A stretch of DNA of 64,000 nucleotides from Epiperipatus broadwayi (Eukaryota > Animalia > Onychophora). The translations under genes and the position numbers were made by a program. The stretch's first letter is position 1, and every line of letters begins with the position of its first letter. Below are positions 30,628 to 42,880 of this stretch, one piece after another. The DNA lies in NCBI GenBank assembly GCA_028023455.1, contig JAQFVV010000004.1:11780001-11844000 (forward strand). The letters are read 5' to 3'. The notes beneath the pieces are model-generated. The model searched no databases, had not been told where the DNA came from, and saw only the letters and a program-made list of their open reading frames with translations.

Positions 30628-30778
30628 ATACAAAATAAAAGTAAAGAATTTTTCTGTTAATAATTTTTTACGTTATGGTTTGAATGAGAATTTTGTGAGG
30701 AATTCAAGGAAATTATCAATAAAGATGTAATTTTAAACTTAGTTAATGATAAAGTAGAAATTATGAACAAACAACAAA
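30628..30778 (+). CDS. Candidate exon of unidentified plus-strand gene
   Basis: Acceptor ttttttcacttttag. Reads YKIKVKNFSVNNFLRYGLNENF[T4 fs]CEEFKEIINKDVILNLVNDKVEIMNKQQ, then a gtaaca donor. Confidence 0.25.
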
Positions 30779-31141
30779 GTAACAATTATTTTGGATGTTG
30801 AAATCATTATTTGTCTTAGCCTTATTGTTTTCTCTAGTTTTTCTATTTTCTGTCAATATATAGTATTTTGCTCTAACATGATTAAAACTGAAGTTATTAT
30901 GAAAATTGTGTCTCAAATCAGTTTTTTAAAAATTCAGTATGACACCAAATATCCTAATATAGTTAACAAGCAAATAATGAATTATTTCTTGAGTAACTTG
31001 TTTCTTGATTAGCCATTAAGACACTATACACTAAGCATTTTCTCATAATTTATATAATATAAACAGAAAGAGAGAGAGAGAGAAAAAAAGACATGGACAG
31101 ACAGATATGTTATATAAATATATTGTATATATGTAAAAGTA

Positions 31142-31385
31142 TATCACATGACCACCACTTCTTATGCTTGTGTATAACTGTTTTAAAACAGGCAACACTC
31201 ACTATACATATTGCCACACATAGCAAGCTAGAGTAATCACCGACGAAGGTCACAAGCCAGAAATTAGTCTGGGGATATTGGATGAGTAGGCACTAGTTGG
31301 GGGATTTTATGCACAAGCCTCTGGCATCCATAGATTACTCTAGCTTGCTGTGTGTGGCAATACGTATAGTGAGTTTTGCCTGTTT
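31142..31385 (+). mobile_element. Family A2 fold-back copy, degenerate HHR
   Basis: Inverted tail, then ccgacgaaggtcacaagccagaaattagtctgggga ... gtgagttttgcctgttt. Confidence 0.88.
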
Positions 31386-31849
31386 ATGTACAAGTATCTT
31401 AAAGAAAATATAAATTTAAAGAAACACTGTATAATTATTTTGGTTCAAAACAACGACTACGATTTTTAAGCACAAAAAATAATAATATGATTTTATTTAA
31501 TTAGTTAAAATATAACATGCTGAAATATAAGAAAGAAAATTTATTTCCCTAATTAATTAACACAATTGAAGTAAAAAAAAGTTGAGCATTTACTGAGATA
31601 TTTATATATTTCGAATCTTTTATGTGTCATAATCACAAGAAAAAATGTATTAGTTTCCGTCTTTATTAGATAGTAATATTTGTATGGGATATTTTTCAAA
31701 AATAAAATGAGTTTATTATTTTTAAAAAATGCTTTTGTTTAAACAAAAGATGTGGTAAAGTAAGCAGAACTATTTTATAAAAGGAAATAAGTAAACAACA
31801 GTTACTCATTTATTATTTAACTTGTTATCTGACTATCATTTATTTATAG

Positions 31850-31958
31850 ATCTTCCCCAAGATAAAAGTCCAGTCTTAAAAACTTTCTTCCATAAAAGGA
31901 TAGCATTTACTATCATAAAGCTATTGTCCTAGAACTAAACAATCTATTATTAAAAAAT
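31850..31958 (+). CDS. Candidate exon of unidentified plus-strand gene
   Basis: Acceptor atttatttatag. Reads LPQDKSPVLKTFFHK[A4 fs]KDSIYYHKAIVLELNNLLLKN. Phase compatible with the 30628-30778 exon. Confidence 0.22.
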
Positions 31959-32005
31959 GTACAAGAGGATAGTTGAATAAACATCAAAATTCCTTAAATT
32001 TTGTA

Positions 32006-32116
32006 ATTTTTTTTTTTTTTCATATGTCATAGCATCGGCCGGGATGCGAACCCACAACCGTCTGCAACCAACTACTTGCTTGCATGGCGGCTGCGATACC
32101 TCTCGGCTAACAACGC
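32006..32116 (-). mobile_element. tRNA-derived SINE (S2) with poly(A) tail
   Basis: gcgttgttagccgagagg...ggttcgcatcccggccgatgctatgacatatg plus A15. Possible TSD taaatttt. Confidence 0.88.
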
Positions 32117-32185
32117 AAGACTAAATTTTAGCTATCATTATAGATCTTCTACAAAAAATTAAAAATGTGATCTAAAAAAATAAAA

Positions 32186-33604
32186 GATAAACCTGCAGTT
32201 TCCAGGTCACAATAAAAATTGAATTTTGTTTCAAATTTTTCTCACCAGAGTGTTTCTTGTCAAATTACTGTGCATTGTAGTTTTTGTTTATAGAAAAGAT
32301 AAAAGAAAAGATAAAATTTGCAAAGCAAATTCCTATAGGTAGGATTGGAATAAAGTATTTCTGGGAGTGTGAAATCGTTACATTTTCTTGGGGCACATTT
32401 TACAAGTTTTCCAAAGTTGTAGAGAGTTTTTTAATTTCCAGAGTAATTCGTAAAATGAATCCTATAAATGGTAATGTAGTTGAAGTACCAGAAAATAAAG
32501 TGTTACATGATGCAGATATTCACGTAGAAAATTGGACATCGTGTCTGTTGATGGAGTTAGCAATGAAGTGGTTAGCAAGAAGGTGCCTGCTTAAGAATAG
32601 TATTCTATGCCAGCATTGTGGCATGCAGTGTTCTCTCATCAAACAGCAAGAATGTAGAGATGGTCACAGATGGCAATGCAGATTATGTCGCCATCGTGTA
32701 TCTATCAGAAAAGGTTTTTTTTAAAAGCCATTTATCCTTAAAGACAATTATGCTTGTAGTATATTATTGGGCACATAATTTGCCACAATGTTTTATTGTT
32801 CATGAGCTAAGTGTAAGTTGGCACACTATAGTAAACTAGGCAAATTTTTGCCTCGAAGAGTGCGCAACATATTTTCACCGACATCCAATGCAGGTCAGTG
32901 GATTTGATGATAATGGAGCGCCACTCATTGTAGAAGTTGATGAAACAAAATATTTTCATCGAAAATATCACAGAGGAGCAATTCGAGAAGGTCATTGGGT
33001 CTTTGGTGGAATAGACAGAAATTCAGAAAAGTGTTCCTTGGTAGAAATCCTTAACCGATCAGCTGCAACTCTCATAGCAAAAATACAAGAATATATTTTG
33101 CCAGGGACCAACATCATTACGGACGGATGGGGTGCATATGACAACTTAAGCACAATCCATAATGGTATATATATATATGCACTCTGTCATCATACACCAG
33201 GAGGATTTTGTAGATTCTCACAACCCTGATATCCACACACAAAATGTGGAAAATATGTGGATGTATGGTACCAGCAGTACTTTATTCGAATCCTATCTGC
33301 AGGAATTTGCTTTCAGGACTCTCTACACAACTGATGCAGTCTTTGCAAATTTTATCGCTATTGTAAGCAAAAACTACAATGGACAGTAATTATGAATGTT
33401 GGTAGGATATATTGTTATTATTTTAATAAATTATTTTTTATAATATAATTATATGTTATTTATTATTTTTTTATATTATATTATAATTTCGTGTATTTGA
33501 TATTTCACAACAAATTTTTAAATAATTCGACAAGAAACACTCTGGTGAGAAAAATTTGAAACAAAATTCGAATTTTATTGTGACCTGGAAACTGCCGGTT
33601 TACC
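32186..33604 (+). mobile_element. Merlin-superfamily DNA transposon, full length (1419 bp)
   Basis: ~80-bp imperfect TIRs (gataaacctgcagtttccaggtcacaata... / ...tattgtgacctggaaactgccggtttacc). 8-bp TSD aaataaaa at 32178-32185 and 33605-33612. Internal ISXO2-like transposase. Confidence 0.92.
32455..33389 (+). pseudogene. Merlin/IS1595 (ISXO2-like) DDE transposase, disrupted by frameshifts and stops
   Basis: CQHC...CRLC zinc motif. VEVDETKYFHRKYHRG, WVFGGIDR, IITDGWGAY, HTQNVENMW. Spread over 4 ORF-track pieces. Confidence 0.9.
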
Positions 33605-33949
33605 AAATAAAATTTTGAATAAGTTAACAAAAGTATCCATCAAACTCAATTTTTTTTCACTCTAAGTCAACATCAAAAAAGATTATGATTCAACTAAGAT
33701 ATTGTAAACCATTCGTATTTCTAAAAGAAAAAGAAGTTCTCATTGTCATTATTTCAAATAACTAAGTTATCTGAATCAAGGAAACACACCATTCTAAAAA
33801 TGTAAATGCATGCAGTTAAATAATTCAGATTTAAAAAGAACTTCATTGACCTGCTTTATATGTTTGTTTACAATTTATCATGTATTATTGTTTTTAAATA
33901 ATAGAATTAATAGTTTGTCAATGAAATAATATAATATAAAAAATAAAGT

Positions 33950-34390
33950 GCTCTGCTAATTTGCTCTAACAAGCTTTATTGATAAATGCCAGCTAAACAA
34001 AGCATTTAAAAATCTCTATCTTAAAAAACCACTTCTTAGTTTCAGATCAATGGTTTCATGCTTTGGCACTCATCAGTCTAGGATAGTTTCAGACATTAGA
34101 TCTAAAAATACCAAGGCCAAGTCAACATTTATCTAAAAGTTAACTATTAAGTAGAAAATCTGAAATTTTTAGACATCTAAATGTCTTCAAACCCAGCTAT
34201 CTAACTTAAATAGCTATATGGGGCTGAGAAATCTTTAGTCAAATCATATATTAATAGCCTTAGCAATATAACATTGCTTAAGACTTTAAAGCAAAGCCTA
34301 CAAATAGTCAACAAAAAATCAATGTCATATATCACATGACTCAATTTTTAAGCTTATAAATAAAAAATAAAGAGCTGTGCTAATAATATA
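33950..34390 (-). mobile_element. Family B-related copy with a different degenerate HHR (~34040-34083)
   Basis: Shares aactattaagtagaaaatctgaaatt...cagctatctaacttaaatagc with family B. Minus strand reads CTGATGA-gtgc-caaa-gcat-GAAA-ccat. Confidence 0.75.
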
Positions 34391-34859
34391 TTTTAGATAA
34401 TTTATTGCCTGGGATTTCATAAGAGGTTTCGGCACTGAAAGCAACAGACACAGGCTATAAGCTATAGACCTTGAATTCCAATGTCTGTCAGTCTATTATC
34501 ACAATGAATTATCTGAGGCTGAAGGAAATTTTTTAAAGTTAATTATGTTAACATTTGTTATTGTTTTTTTTAAATTGTGTGCATGTGTGTATCATAGACT
34601 TCTAGAATTCATATTGAACTAAACTTGACTCTCATGGATATAATTAGGAAGATATGATGTATTGCATGCCATTTATCACAAATATTTTTGGTCATGAAGC
34701 TTTATGGTCTTAAATCATTGACAGTATATAGTGATGGTCCAGATTATAAGATTATTTCATAATGATGTAATAACATGGAATCCTTTATTTAAATATGTAT
34801 ATTAATTTGCCACTTTTATTCATTTATATAAATAGAAATCAGATATGAGATGACAAAAG

Positions 34860-36330
34860 TATACAAATGGTATCTGACTAAAGTAGGAAATTATGACATG
34901 GGTTTGTGAAATTAATGTGGGATATAAAGACAGAACTGCTAAGCTGAAGGGAATGAATTAAAGCAAAAATAAAATGTGACATTATGACCAAGGCAGAGAA
35001 TCAGGTTTTTTATAAAACAAAATGTAATAAACAAACATTTATAATCTTTGGAGGAAAAAAATAAAGAAATAAAAAGATTATGAATGAAAATAAACTTGAT
35101 GCAAAAGTTATGGAAAAACACAATGATCAATTAAATATAGTATTTTCTTGTAGAAATTGAAACTTATCAAATAGATGACAAGCTAAAATTGATAAAAATA
35201 TGATAGAATCATTTGAAATCAAAGGAGATAATAAAATTGGAATACCACAAATAGAACAATAAAAAAGGAAAGAAAAATTAAAGAAAGATATACAAGAAGA
35301 TAAAAAAAGAAAATGTTAAAATAAAGGAAGACTTGAAACAAAAAAAGATTAACATTGCAAAATAAATCAAAGGACTAACAAGAAATAATACAAGAATATA
35401 AAGTAATCATTAAAAATAAAGAAAAAATAAAGTCATCAGAAAAACAGTTGAACAAATATGTAGCTATATGTGATTGTGGGTGGGTACAAGAGGGTTTATT
35501 ATGACCTTGAAATTGTGGTATTGAAATTGTAAATTTACAGGATATGGGAATGAAAGAAAATGAGTAAGTTTACTCTTTATATGACAATAGATGTAAAAAT
35601 TCTCTGATTCAAATGCTTTGCAGATTCTCTACATCTAAATCATAAATTGTACAAAAGGTGGTTTGTAAATTAAATAATACATAAATAGAGAACAAGAAAC
35701 TTTCTCAGTTATGTGTCAAACTTTAATGGTAATTAATATGGAAATGTGCTATCCTTTGAAATAATATTCCACAACTAAAAAAATCAAACTGCCAATAAAT
35801 CCAATTTTCATTATCTCTCTATACTTTCATTATTTACTTTCAGGTTTTAATATTAAAATTCACTAATGAAACTTGATCACTTGCTAAATATAAAATAGAA
35901 GGTAAAATAACACTAAAAAAGAGCAAACAATTTCTAATGACCTCTACTCTCAAAAGTAAAAACAAAAAAACAATAAACTATATAAATATAGACAAAAAAT
36001 ACACTTTATTGCTAATGCATAAAAATAACTAACCACAACAGGTGCCAAGTGAGGATGTTAGACCCATTAGATAGCAGAGACCAAATCTCATCAAGATATC
36101 AATGTTGTAATACCAAGAATAATAAATGTAAACAAAATTATGCCAAAAACATAGGATTAATTTATCATCATTCAAATGAAAGAAACAATCTTATCACCAT
36201 AACATTTTTTGGAAGAAACAAGAATGAAAACCTACAGATTATGAAAACAGTATGAAATATTTTTTTTTATTAAATTTACTCACTGAAGAAAAAAATATGG
36301 AAACATATAATCACAATTTAATCCATAATT
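34860..36330 (+). mobile_element. Possible heavily decayed LINE AP-endonuclease region
   Basis: Weak motifs only (WDI, GFFIKQN, IVGG, NLITITFFGRNK). Purine-rich, with many stops. Confidence 0.3.
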
Positions 36331-36595
36331 AATGAAACTTATTATTTTATATTCATCAGTTTATGAAAACTACAATCAGGCAGAAGAAGACTGTGATCTT
36401 TTGGGGTGTAAATAAAAAAAGAACAATATAAAATTTGGTACTAAATGACCCAAGAAATGTATCAATGTGCAAATTAAAAAATTTGCACATAGTTTTTTTA
36501 CAAGATATGTGTCATGATTAAAAATTCTTTTTCTCAATCTTAGATAATTAACTTCTCAAGATTGATGGAATGCATTATTTTATCTTGAATAGAAG

Positions 36596-36842
36596 TTAAA
36601 CAGACAAAACTCTCCATACAGTAGTGCCATCGTGTGCCAACCAGAGTAATTAATGGATGCCAGAAGGTTTGTGAATAAAATGCCCATTTAATGCCTACTC
36701 ATCCAATATCCCCAGACTAGTTTCTGGCTTCTGGCATTCATTGATTACTCTGATTGGCACAGGGTGGCACTACTGTATGGAGAGTTTTGACTGTTTAATA
36801 ACAGTTATGTGCTAGCATAAGAGATGGTGATCATGTGATGTT
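36596..36842. mobile_element. Family A fold-back copy, folding point inside the HHR
   Basis: Antisense arm ends at ccccagactagtttctggctt, followed by the sense arm and the tail ggtgatcatgtgatg. Confidence 0.9.
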
Positions 36843-37984
36843 TAGTGGTTAAATACTTAAGGAATATTATTGCAAACCGATTACTTATAGTTTTTTTAAT
36901 CCTCTGAGATGACTTCATTGTAAAGTCAGTTTTAGACAGTTTGTAACAATAGTAGTAAATGAGTAGCAGTACATTTAAAATGATAGAATTTTACCTGTAA
37001 TTTGTGTGGTGGTTATTTTTACTATCTAATTGATTTGTTGAATATTTTTTCCATAAAATTCATACTTTATTTATTCCAAATACATACAACTGTTTATGGC
37101 AACACAAAAACTAATATAGACTACAATGTGTCAAGTGCTTTATTCTCCTCTCTTTTTCAGACGTTATTGAACTGAATTGAACCAATAACTATTAGATTCA
37201 TAAATATTGAATGTAAGTTAATCTTCTAATCTCTTAAACTCTGTTAATAGCAACAGTCAATATATTTTTATGTGCTTATTTATGATATTTCTTCTATTAT
37301 TATACTTCTTTTTCATCTTTTTAAATAACAATATTACAATTGTCTTTCATTTTATATAACTTTTAATTAAAAATCTGATTCAAAAACGAGATTAGGATTT
37401 TCCTGTAATAAACTTTACCCGTGGCCTTATATGCGTGTTTCTGTATTATATTTATTTTTTCATCTTATAAATTATTTTATATTCTTTGTTTTCATTAGAA
37501 AATCATAAATAATAAAATTGAACGTTGTGAATTTTATTTTCAATCAATATTAGAAAAATTATTTTAAAACTTAAACGATTTAAAATTTTCTGACAAATTT
37601 CTTCTAATGATAGAAATTACATTTTTAGTAATAAATTATAAATTAGTATTCATTTAACAAAAAATAATAGAAATATATTTTAAGCTAGTCTTTATAGAGT
37701 ATGTTTTCTGTCTAAAACAAATACAGATTATTATGTAACTATGTACCATAACGCTGTCATACCTCTTTATCATTGTTGGGCTTGTCTGATATTGTTAATA
37801 ACTTGTAAACTTAATTTAGAATTTCAGTATATAAAACTATACCATAAACTTTAATAGTTGTGGTATGTTATTAAGATACATTAAATATATTTATAAATAA
37901 AAAGGAATCTTCTAGTGTTGAAAATGGCATATTCCACAATCTCAGTTCAAATTCAATCAATAAAATTGGAAAATTATTGTATGA

Positions 37985-38235
37985 TCCAGACTGAAATGGA
38001 GTTGGGCTGGACATATTGCTACAAGAGATGATAATTAGATGGACAATTAAAATAATTGGATTCCAAGAGATTGTAAACGACCATAATGATATAACATTTG
38101 AGATGAATGGACGAAATAAGAAAGTGTGCAGGGGTGATGTGGAGAAAAGATGCTAGAGATCACAGAGGATGGATTGAACTTGGAGAGACTTTCATCCTGC
38201 AATGGACTGATAATGTTTGACAATGACGATGAGTA
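37985..38235 (+). mobile_element. RTE LINE 3' end (5'-truncated)
   Basis: LKWSWAGHIATRDDN...WIPRDCKRP...DEIRKCAG...W..LGETFILQW, followed by a degenerate (gat)n tail. Confidence 0.88.
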
Positions 38236-39130
38236 CTTAATTAATTTTAGTAAGGTAAATGAAAATTATTTTAACATTTATAACCTAGTAACTGGAAGCT
38301 TAATAAATAGTATTTTTTTCACTTCTCCTATATGGTAAGCTGCTGAAAAAAGTAATTATTATGATAGCATTCAGTCACATTAATGTTATAAAATCTATTC
38401 ACACAAACAGAAATCTCAGTTTTTACTTTCTCATTATCATCTTGTGCACATATTTTTTATGTCTAAATTCTTTTGATGAGATTATATTGATTATTTGGTA
38501 AAGATAATCTTGGCTAAGAAATAATTCTTATTAAAAATATTCTGCTTTATAATAGTCACAACAAAACACATTTTAAACAAAGTAACAATATTCTATAATA
38601 GAAACAATTTTATTTAAATGCAAACTAATTCTACTTACTTTAAAAGCATCACTGATTAAGATCAATAAATAACTGTCTAGTTTTGATATTAAAACTTCCC
38701 TTTATTCCTAATAAAATAGATAGTGATTTTTTTCATAAATTGTAAGATCAAATATTTTTAGAACATCAAGATATGCATAAAATTTTATGTTACAGGTGAC
38801 CAAGAAACTATAAGGTATAATCAAAACAGCCACTCCATCATAATTTTCAAATATTGCCACACTCCTAAGTTTGATAACACTAATATACTAGTTAAATTGG
38901 AAAAAAAATATGATTCAAAATATAAAATATGGCAGGGTCTGTTTGATATGCTTGACAATTTATTAAATATTTTGTATGTGGCATCTCTCTTGTAAAATCT
39001 GGCAAAGAAATGTGTGAAAAAGCAAGAAGCCATTGCAAAGAAGTAGACTTTATTTTTCCAGTAATATTTCTCAAAATAATATTTAATTGAATATTCAGAA
39101 TTTGAGAGTATTAACTTTTTTTCTAAACAG

Positions 39131-39199
39131 GATCACAATATTCATTAATTCAATTAGTCAGTTCAAGAAATCTGCCTATAAATTATTTGCATCACAATT
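39131..39199 (+). CDS. Candidate exon (SQYSLIQLVSSRNLPINYLHHN) of unidentified gene
   Basis: Acceptor ttttttttctaaacag and donor gtaagt. Open frame, phase 1-1, compatible with the next exon. Confidence 0.45.
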
Positions 39200-39384
39200 G
39201 TAAGTAATGCAATCAATTTTTTAAAGAGTTTATTTTAGAAATGAAATTTAATTTAACCTTAGATAAAAGAGGGAAATAATTTAGACTATGATTCAAGATC
39301 ATTTCTAAATAGCATGGGATAGGATTGTATTTTAGTCTATTATTGCAAAATTTTATATTTATATTACAATATGATTTCCTATCC

Positions 39385-39476
39385 AAACAGGCAAAACTCT
39401 CTATACGTATTGGTGCTCAGTGCAAATCAGAGTAATCAGTTATGAGCAAGCATAGAAAATGGTGATCATGTGATGG
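39385..39476. mobile_element. Family A short fragment (antisense start plus sense tail)
   Basis: aaacaggcaaaactctctatac...cagagtaatc joined to agttatgagcaagcatagaaaatggtgatcatgtgatg. Confidence 0.8.
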
Positions 39477-39508
39477 TTATTGGCTTAATATGATTTCCTG
39501 TTACTTAG

Positions 39509-39736
39509 ATAAAAAAATAAAATGTATTGACTTCATTGGACTAGAAATAAGACCACAATTTCTGAAAATGATTAACAATCTTTGCATATCTTTATCAAGA
39601 GACTTTTTTAATTCAGAAAAGAATATCTTTTGATAATTCAAAGAAATACAGTGTAGACGAATTTGCTGTATCTGCAGCTGGAAGATCACTGATGAATATA
39701 TTAACTAAAATAGTTGAGAGGACAACCCTGTTATGG
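39509..39736 (+). CDS. Candidate exon with one frameshift in a T6 run
   Basis: Reads KKIKCIDFIGLEIRPQFLKMINNLCISLSRDF[fs]LIQKRISFDNSKKYSVDEFAVSAAGRSLMNILTKIVERTTLLW. Acceptor ttcctgttacttag, donor gtaatt. Confidence 0.45.
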
Positions 39737-40065
39737 GTAATTCCATAAAATTTGAATATTTATTATTATTATAATTTAGTGTCACTTTGAATGTTTTTAT
39801 TATAGAGAATTTTGTAATGTAAATTAACGTTTTTCTGACATTTAAGTATTTTGGAAAAAGAAGACTATTTTTTCAAACAAAATCATAAACTGTGTTAGTT
39901 TAAAATAAAAATAACACTGATTTTTAATATATGTTAAAAGCATTTTTAATGTGAGTTGTTAAAAATAAAAACTTGCTCACTGCAGCATCTTTAACCTTCT
40001 CTATAGGTAAGCATTTTCAATTATTGGCAAAATTCTTGTTTTTATGTTGTTGTTTTTTTTCAAAA

Positions 40066-40158
40066 ACGTATTGGTGGCCTAATGGTTAGCATAGTTGCCT
40101 TCCAAGCAGTTGGCCCAGGTTCACTTCCCAGTCAACGCATTTAACACATGGAAAAAAC
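40066..40158 (+). mobile_element. tRNA-Gly(TCC)-derived SINE/pseudogene (S1)
   Basis: Close match to eukaryotic tRNA-Gly-TCC (ggttagcatagttgccttccaagcagttggcccaggttca). CpG-decayed B box. Tail tttaacacatggaaaaaa resembles the 50805 copy. Confidence 0.8.
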
Positions 40159-40930
40159 ATGCAATAATGATATTTGGTCATTATTTTTAAGATGATTTAT
40201 TTGATTTTAAAATTATTATAATTTGATTTTAAATAACCCTGGACAAATTCATACTCACCAATATCTATCTGCAGCTTTAATCAAATTGATATTAGAGAAA
40301 CTTTGTAAACAAATTAACTTATAATTTTTGATGCTTTTTTATAATTCTATTAATCTTGGTTTGATAATAATAATGGATCATTTTGGAGGTATATTTACAT
40401 TACTTATGAAAAAGCGATTACTATTATGACTAGATCTTGTAAACTTTTGCTTCTCTAGTATTTCTCTCCATTTTTTTTCCAGTACTAACCAGTGTTTTTC
40501 AAGTTTTTCAGCAATTTCTGGATCATTAGTAGACACAAATTGACTATAAAGCACACTTGTGTTTGTTTTGGTTCAAACCCAAAATGAATTGCTTTTGATA
40601 TTCATAAGATTGATATTAAGAATTATTAAATCTCCTTATTTAGCATCATAAAATAAATGGTTGTTGCATAAATTCATTGATCTAAAAGTTAATAATCCAC
40701 TTGATCTTCATTTGCATATTCCTGAAAAACTACTATAAAATTTGAAATCCAAAATCAGAGGCTATAAGAAGTTGCAGAAGTCCAATTTGTATTGAGAGTT
40801 TATAAATATTGCACATATAAAAATTATCTATCCAATTTCAGTTGAATTATCTTTAATAGAAATTGTTTGATTTTTATATTATACAACAATCTTAAACTAT
40901 CATTCATTGTAAAAGCTTTCAGTTTAATCT

Positions 40931-40932
40931 CT

Positions 40933-40965
<33 letters not shown>

Positions 40966-40971
40966 GGGGGG

Positions 40972-41008
<37 letters not shown>

Positions 41009-41029
41009 AGGGAGGGAGGAGAGAGAGAG
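40931..41029. repeat. (TA)n(GA)n(GGGA)n microsatellite
   Basis: Directly visible. Confidence 0.95.
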
Positions 41030-41034
41030 CTCAC

Positions 41035-41405
41035 AAATAAGCTCTTAACAAGCTTTGCAGAATATCCCCAACTCCAGATCAGTTTCTGCTACTGGCATCC
41101 TCAGTTAGGTACTAGGATATTCAAGCATTAGATTAAAAATATCAGGACAATTCCAGCACTTTATCTAATGGATAACTATTAAGTAGAGAATCTGAAATTT
41201 TCAGACATCCATATCTTCCATCCAGCTATCTAACTTAAATAGCCATATGGGACTGAACCAAGTTCAGGTACACCATATATTAATAGCTATAGCAGTAAAC
41301 CAGTCTGGGATTGGGGATATTTTGTTAAGAGCCTATTTGCGAGTTCTATATATAACATGTGTAATACAAGCTTGTTAAATTAGGTCATGTGATATCTGAC
41401 TTTAT
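41035..41405. mobile_element. Family B fold-back copy with degenerate HHR (~41080-41110, minus)
   Basis: gctcttaacaagc start. Minus strand CTGAGGA-tgc-cagta-gca-GAAA-ctga-TC. Sense tail ...aggtcatgtgatatc. Confidence 0.82.
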
Positions 41406-41769
41406 TTTTTTTAAATATATATATATATACATTTACAAGGTACAGTTTACCTATCAGAGATTTAAAATTCATGGTAATGAAAGGCATTTATACTAAGATA
41501 TTGTCTAGAATATTATTCATTGAACAATAATTTAATGTTTGATGCTTGAAAAAGTGTACCTTTATCTGAAAGCTTCAATTAGTTTAAAATATTTATCATC
41601 AACATTTGGTACTATTTATCTGAAAAGTTTGGAATATACACTGTAGTTGTAATTATATGTTGGACTATTTTCATCATCTAATACTAATTATTAAATGTTT
41701 TAGAAAAATTCAAATTTTACTTAAACTTTTTAAATACATTCAACTGTATAGAGGATACAGGTTAGTATA

Positions 41770-41872
41770 TAATGCAATGTTTTGCTGACCTGACCAGTGC
41801 CAATATTTGCAAAAGTTGAATCTGTGAATATTGAATATAAGGCAAAGCTCTAACCAACTAGGCTATCCTATC
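41770..41872 (-). mobile_element. Old tRNA-derived SINE (S3)
   Basis: Minus strand ggatagcctagttggttagagc (A-box). Shares ttcaatattca and cactggtcaggtcagcaa with 42775-42880. Confidence 0.55.
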
Positions 41873-42237
41873 AAAGACAAAGATCAGTGAAATTTCACAT
41901 CATATACTTATCTATGAGGTTCTTCTGATTTCTTCACTTTTTTCTTAAAGGCACGATTAATGAAGGTACCAAAATATTATAAATTATCACATTTGATTAA
42001 TTTATGGGATTGTTTGTCACTGTCATGTGAGCAATTTCTTTGGTGTATTTCTCTCTTTGACCAATATTTTTGTGTTTTTCCCAATTGATCATATGCTTAT
42101 TAATTATTTGGTACATACTTAAAATGCTACTTTGGTTATATCTGTTTTGTTTTTATAATCATTACATTATATTTTTTAATCACTTTTCATTGGGGTAAAT
42201 GTTTCTTCTGCATTAACATGGTGCTTTGTAAATACAT

Positions 42238-42395
42238 TTTTTGCTTTATAGCATTTCATGTTTAGGTTTTATAAAGATTAGGATTTCTGCTATGGTTTTG
42301 GAAAACTGTTCTGATGTTATATTAATTGCAAAACCATAGCAGTCCATGAGAAATCCTAACTTTTACAAAACCAACATTTGAACTGCTATAAACAA
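42238..42395. repeat. Imperfect ~155-bp inverted repeat (MITE-like)
   Basis: ctgctatggttttg/caaaaccatagcag, aggatttct/agaaatcct and tatagca/tgctata arms. Confidence 0.75.
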
Positions 42396-42774
42396 AAACT
42401 ACATTTATAAAATAGCATGCAAATACAGAAGGATGCATGTTAGTGAAATCAATTGCCCCATTGAAAAGTGATTGAAACACAAACTGATAATTAAAAATAA
42501 AAAAAAACATATATTGAAAATAGCAGCCCATGCATGTATCAAGGAATATATGTCCATTTGGAAAAAAAAAGATATTGGGATAACAGAAAAAAGCATAAAG
42601 AAGAAAATTTAAAAAAGCTACTTACATGGCAATTGAAAACAATCCTATAAGTCCATCTAGTATAAAAATCTGTATTGCTTGGATATCATTCTTTAACCCT
42701 TAAAGAAAGTGGAGATATTAGGAGGACCCTTGTAAATTAATATATAAAATTTCTACTGACAGTTATTTTTGACA

Positions 42775-42880
42775 GAATAATCGTAGTTAGTTAAAGCATT
42801 GCTTTGAATTCAATATTCATGAATCTAAAGAGACTATATTTGATTCTCTTACTAATAGTATCACTGGTCAGGTCAGCAAT
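42775..42880 (+). mobile_element. Old tRNA-derived SINE (S3), second copy
   Basis: gtagttagttaaagcattgc...ttcaatattca...cactggtcaggtcagcaa. Confidence 0.45.

Noticed and set aside
34425-34470. gtttcggc as an antisense HHR GAAAC element
   Set aside because: There is no matching CUGANGA or stems at the right spacing.
40066-40139. Functional tRNA-Gly(TCC) gene (also 50828-50898)
   Set aside because: The acceptor, T arm or anticodon stem is disrupted, and both copies carry the SINE-type tail.
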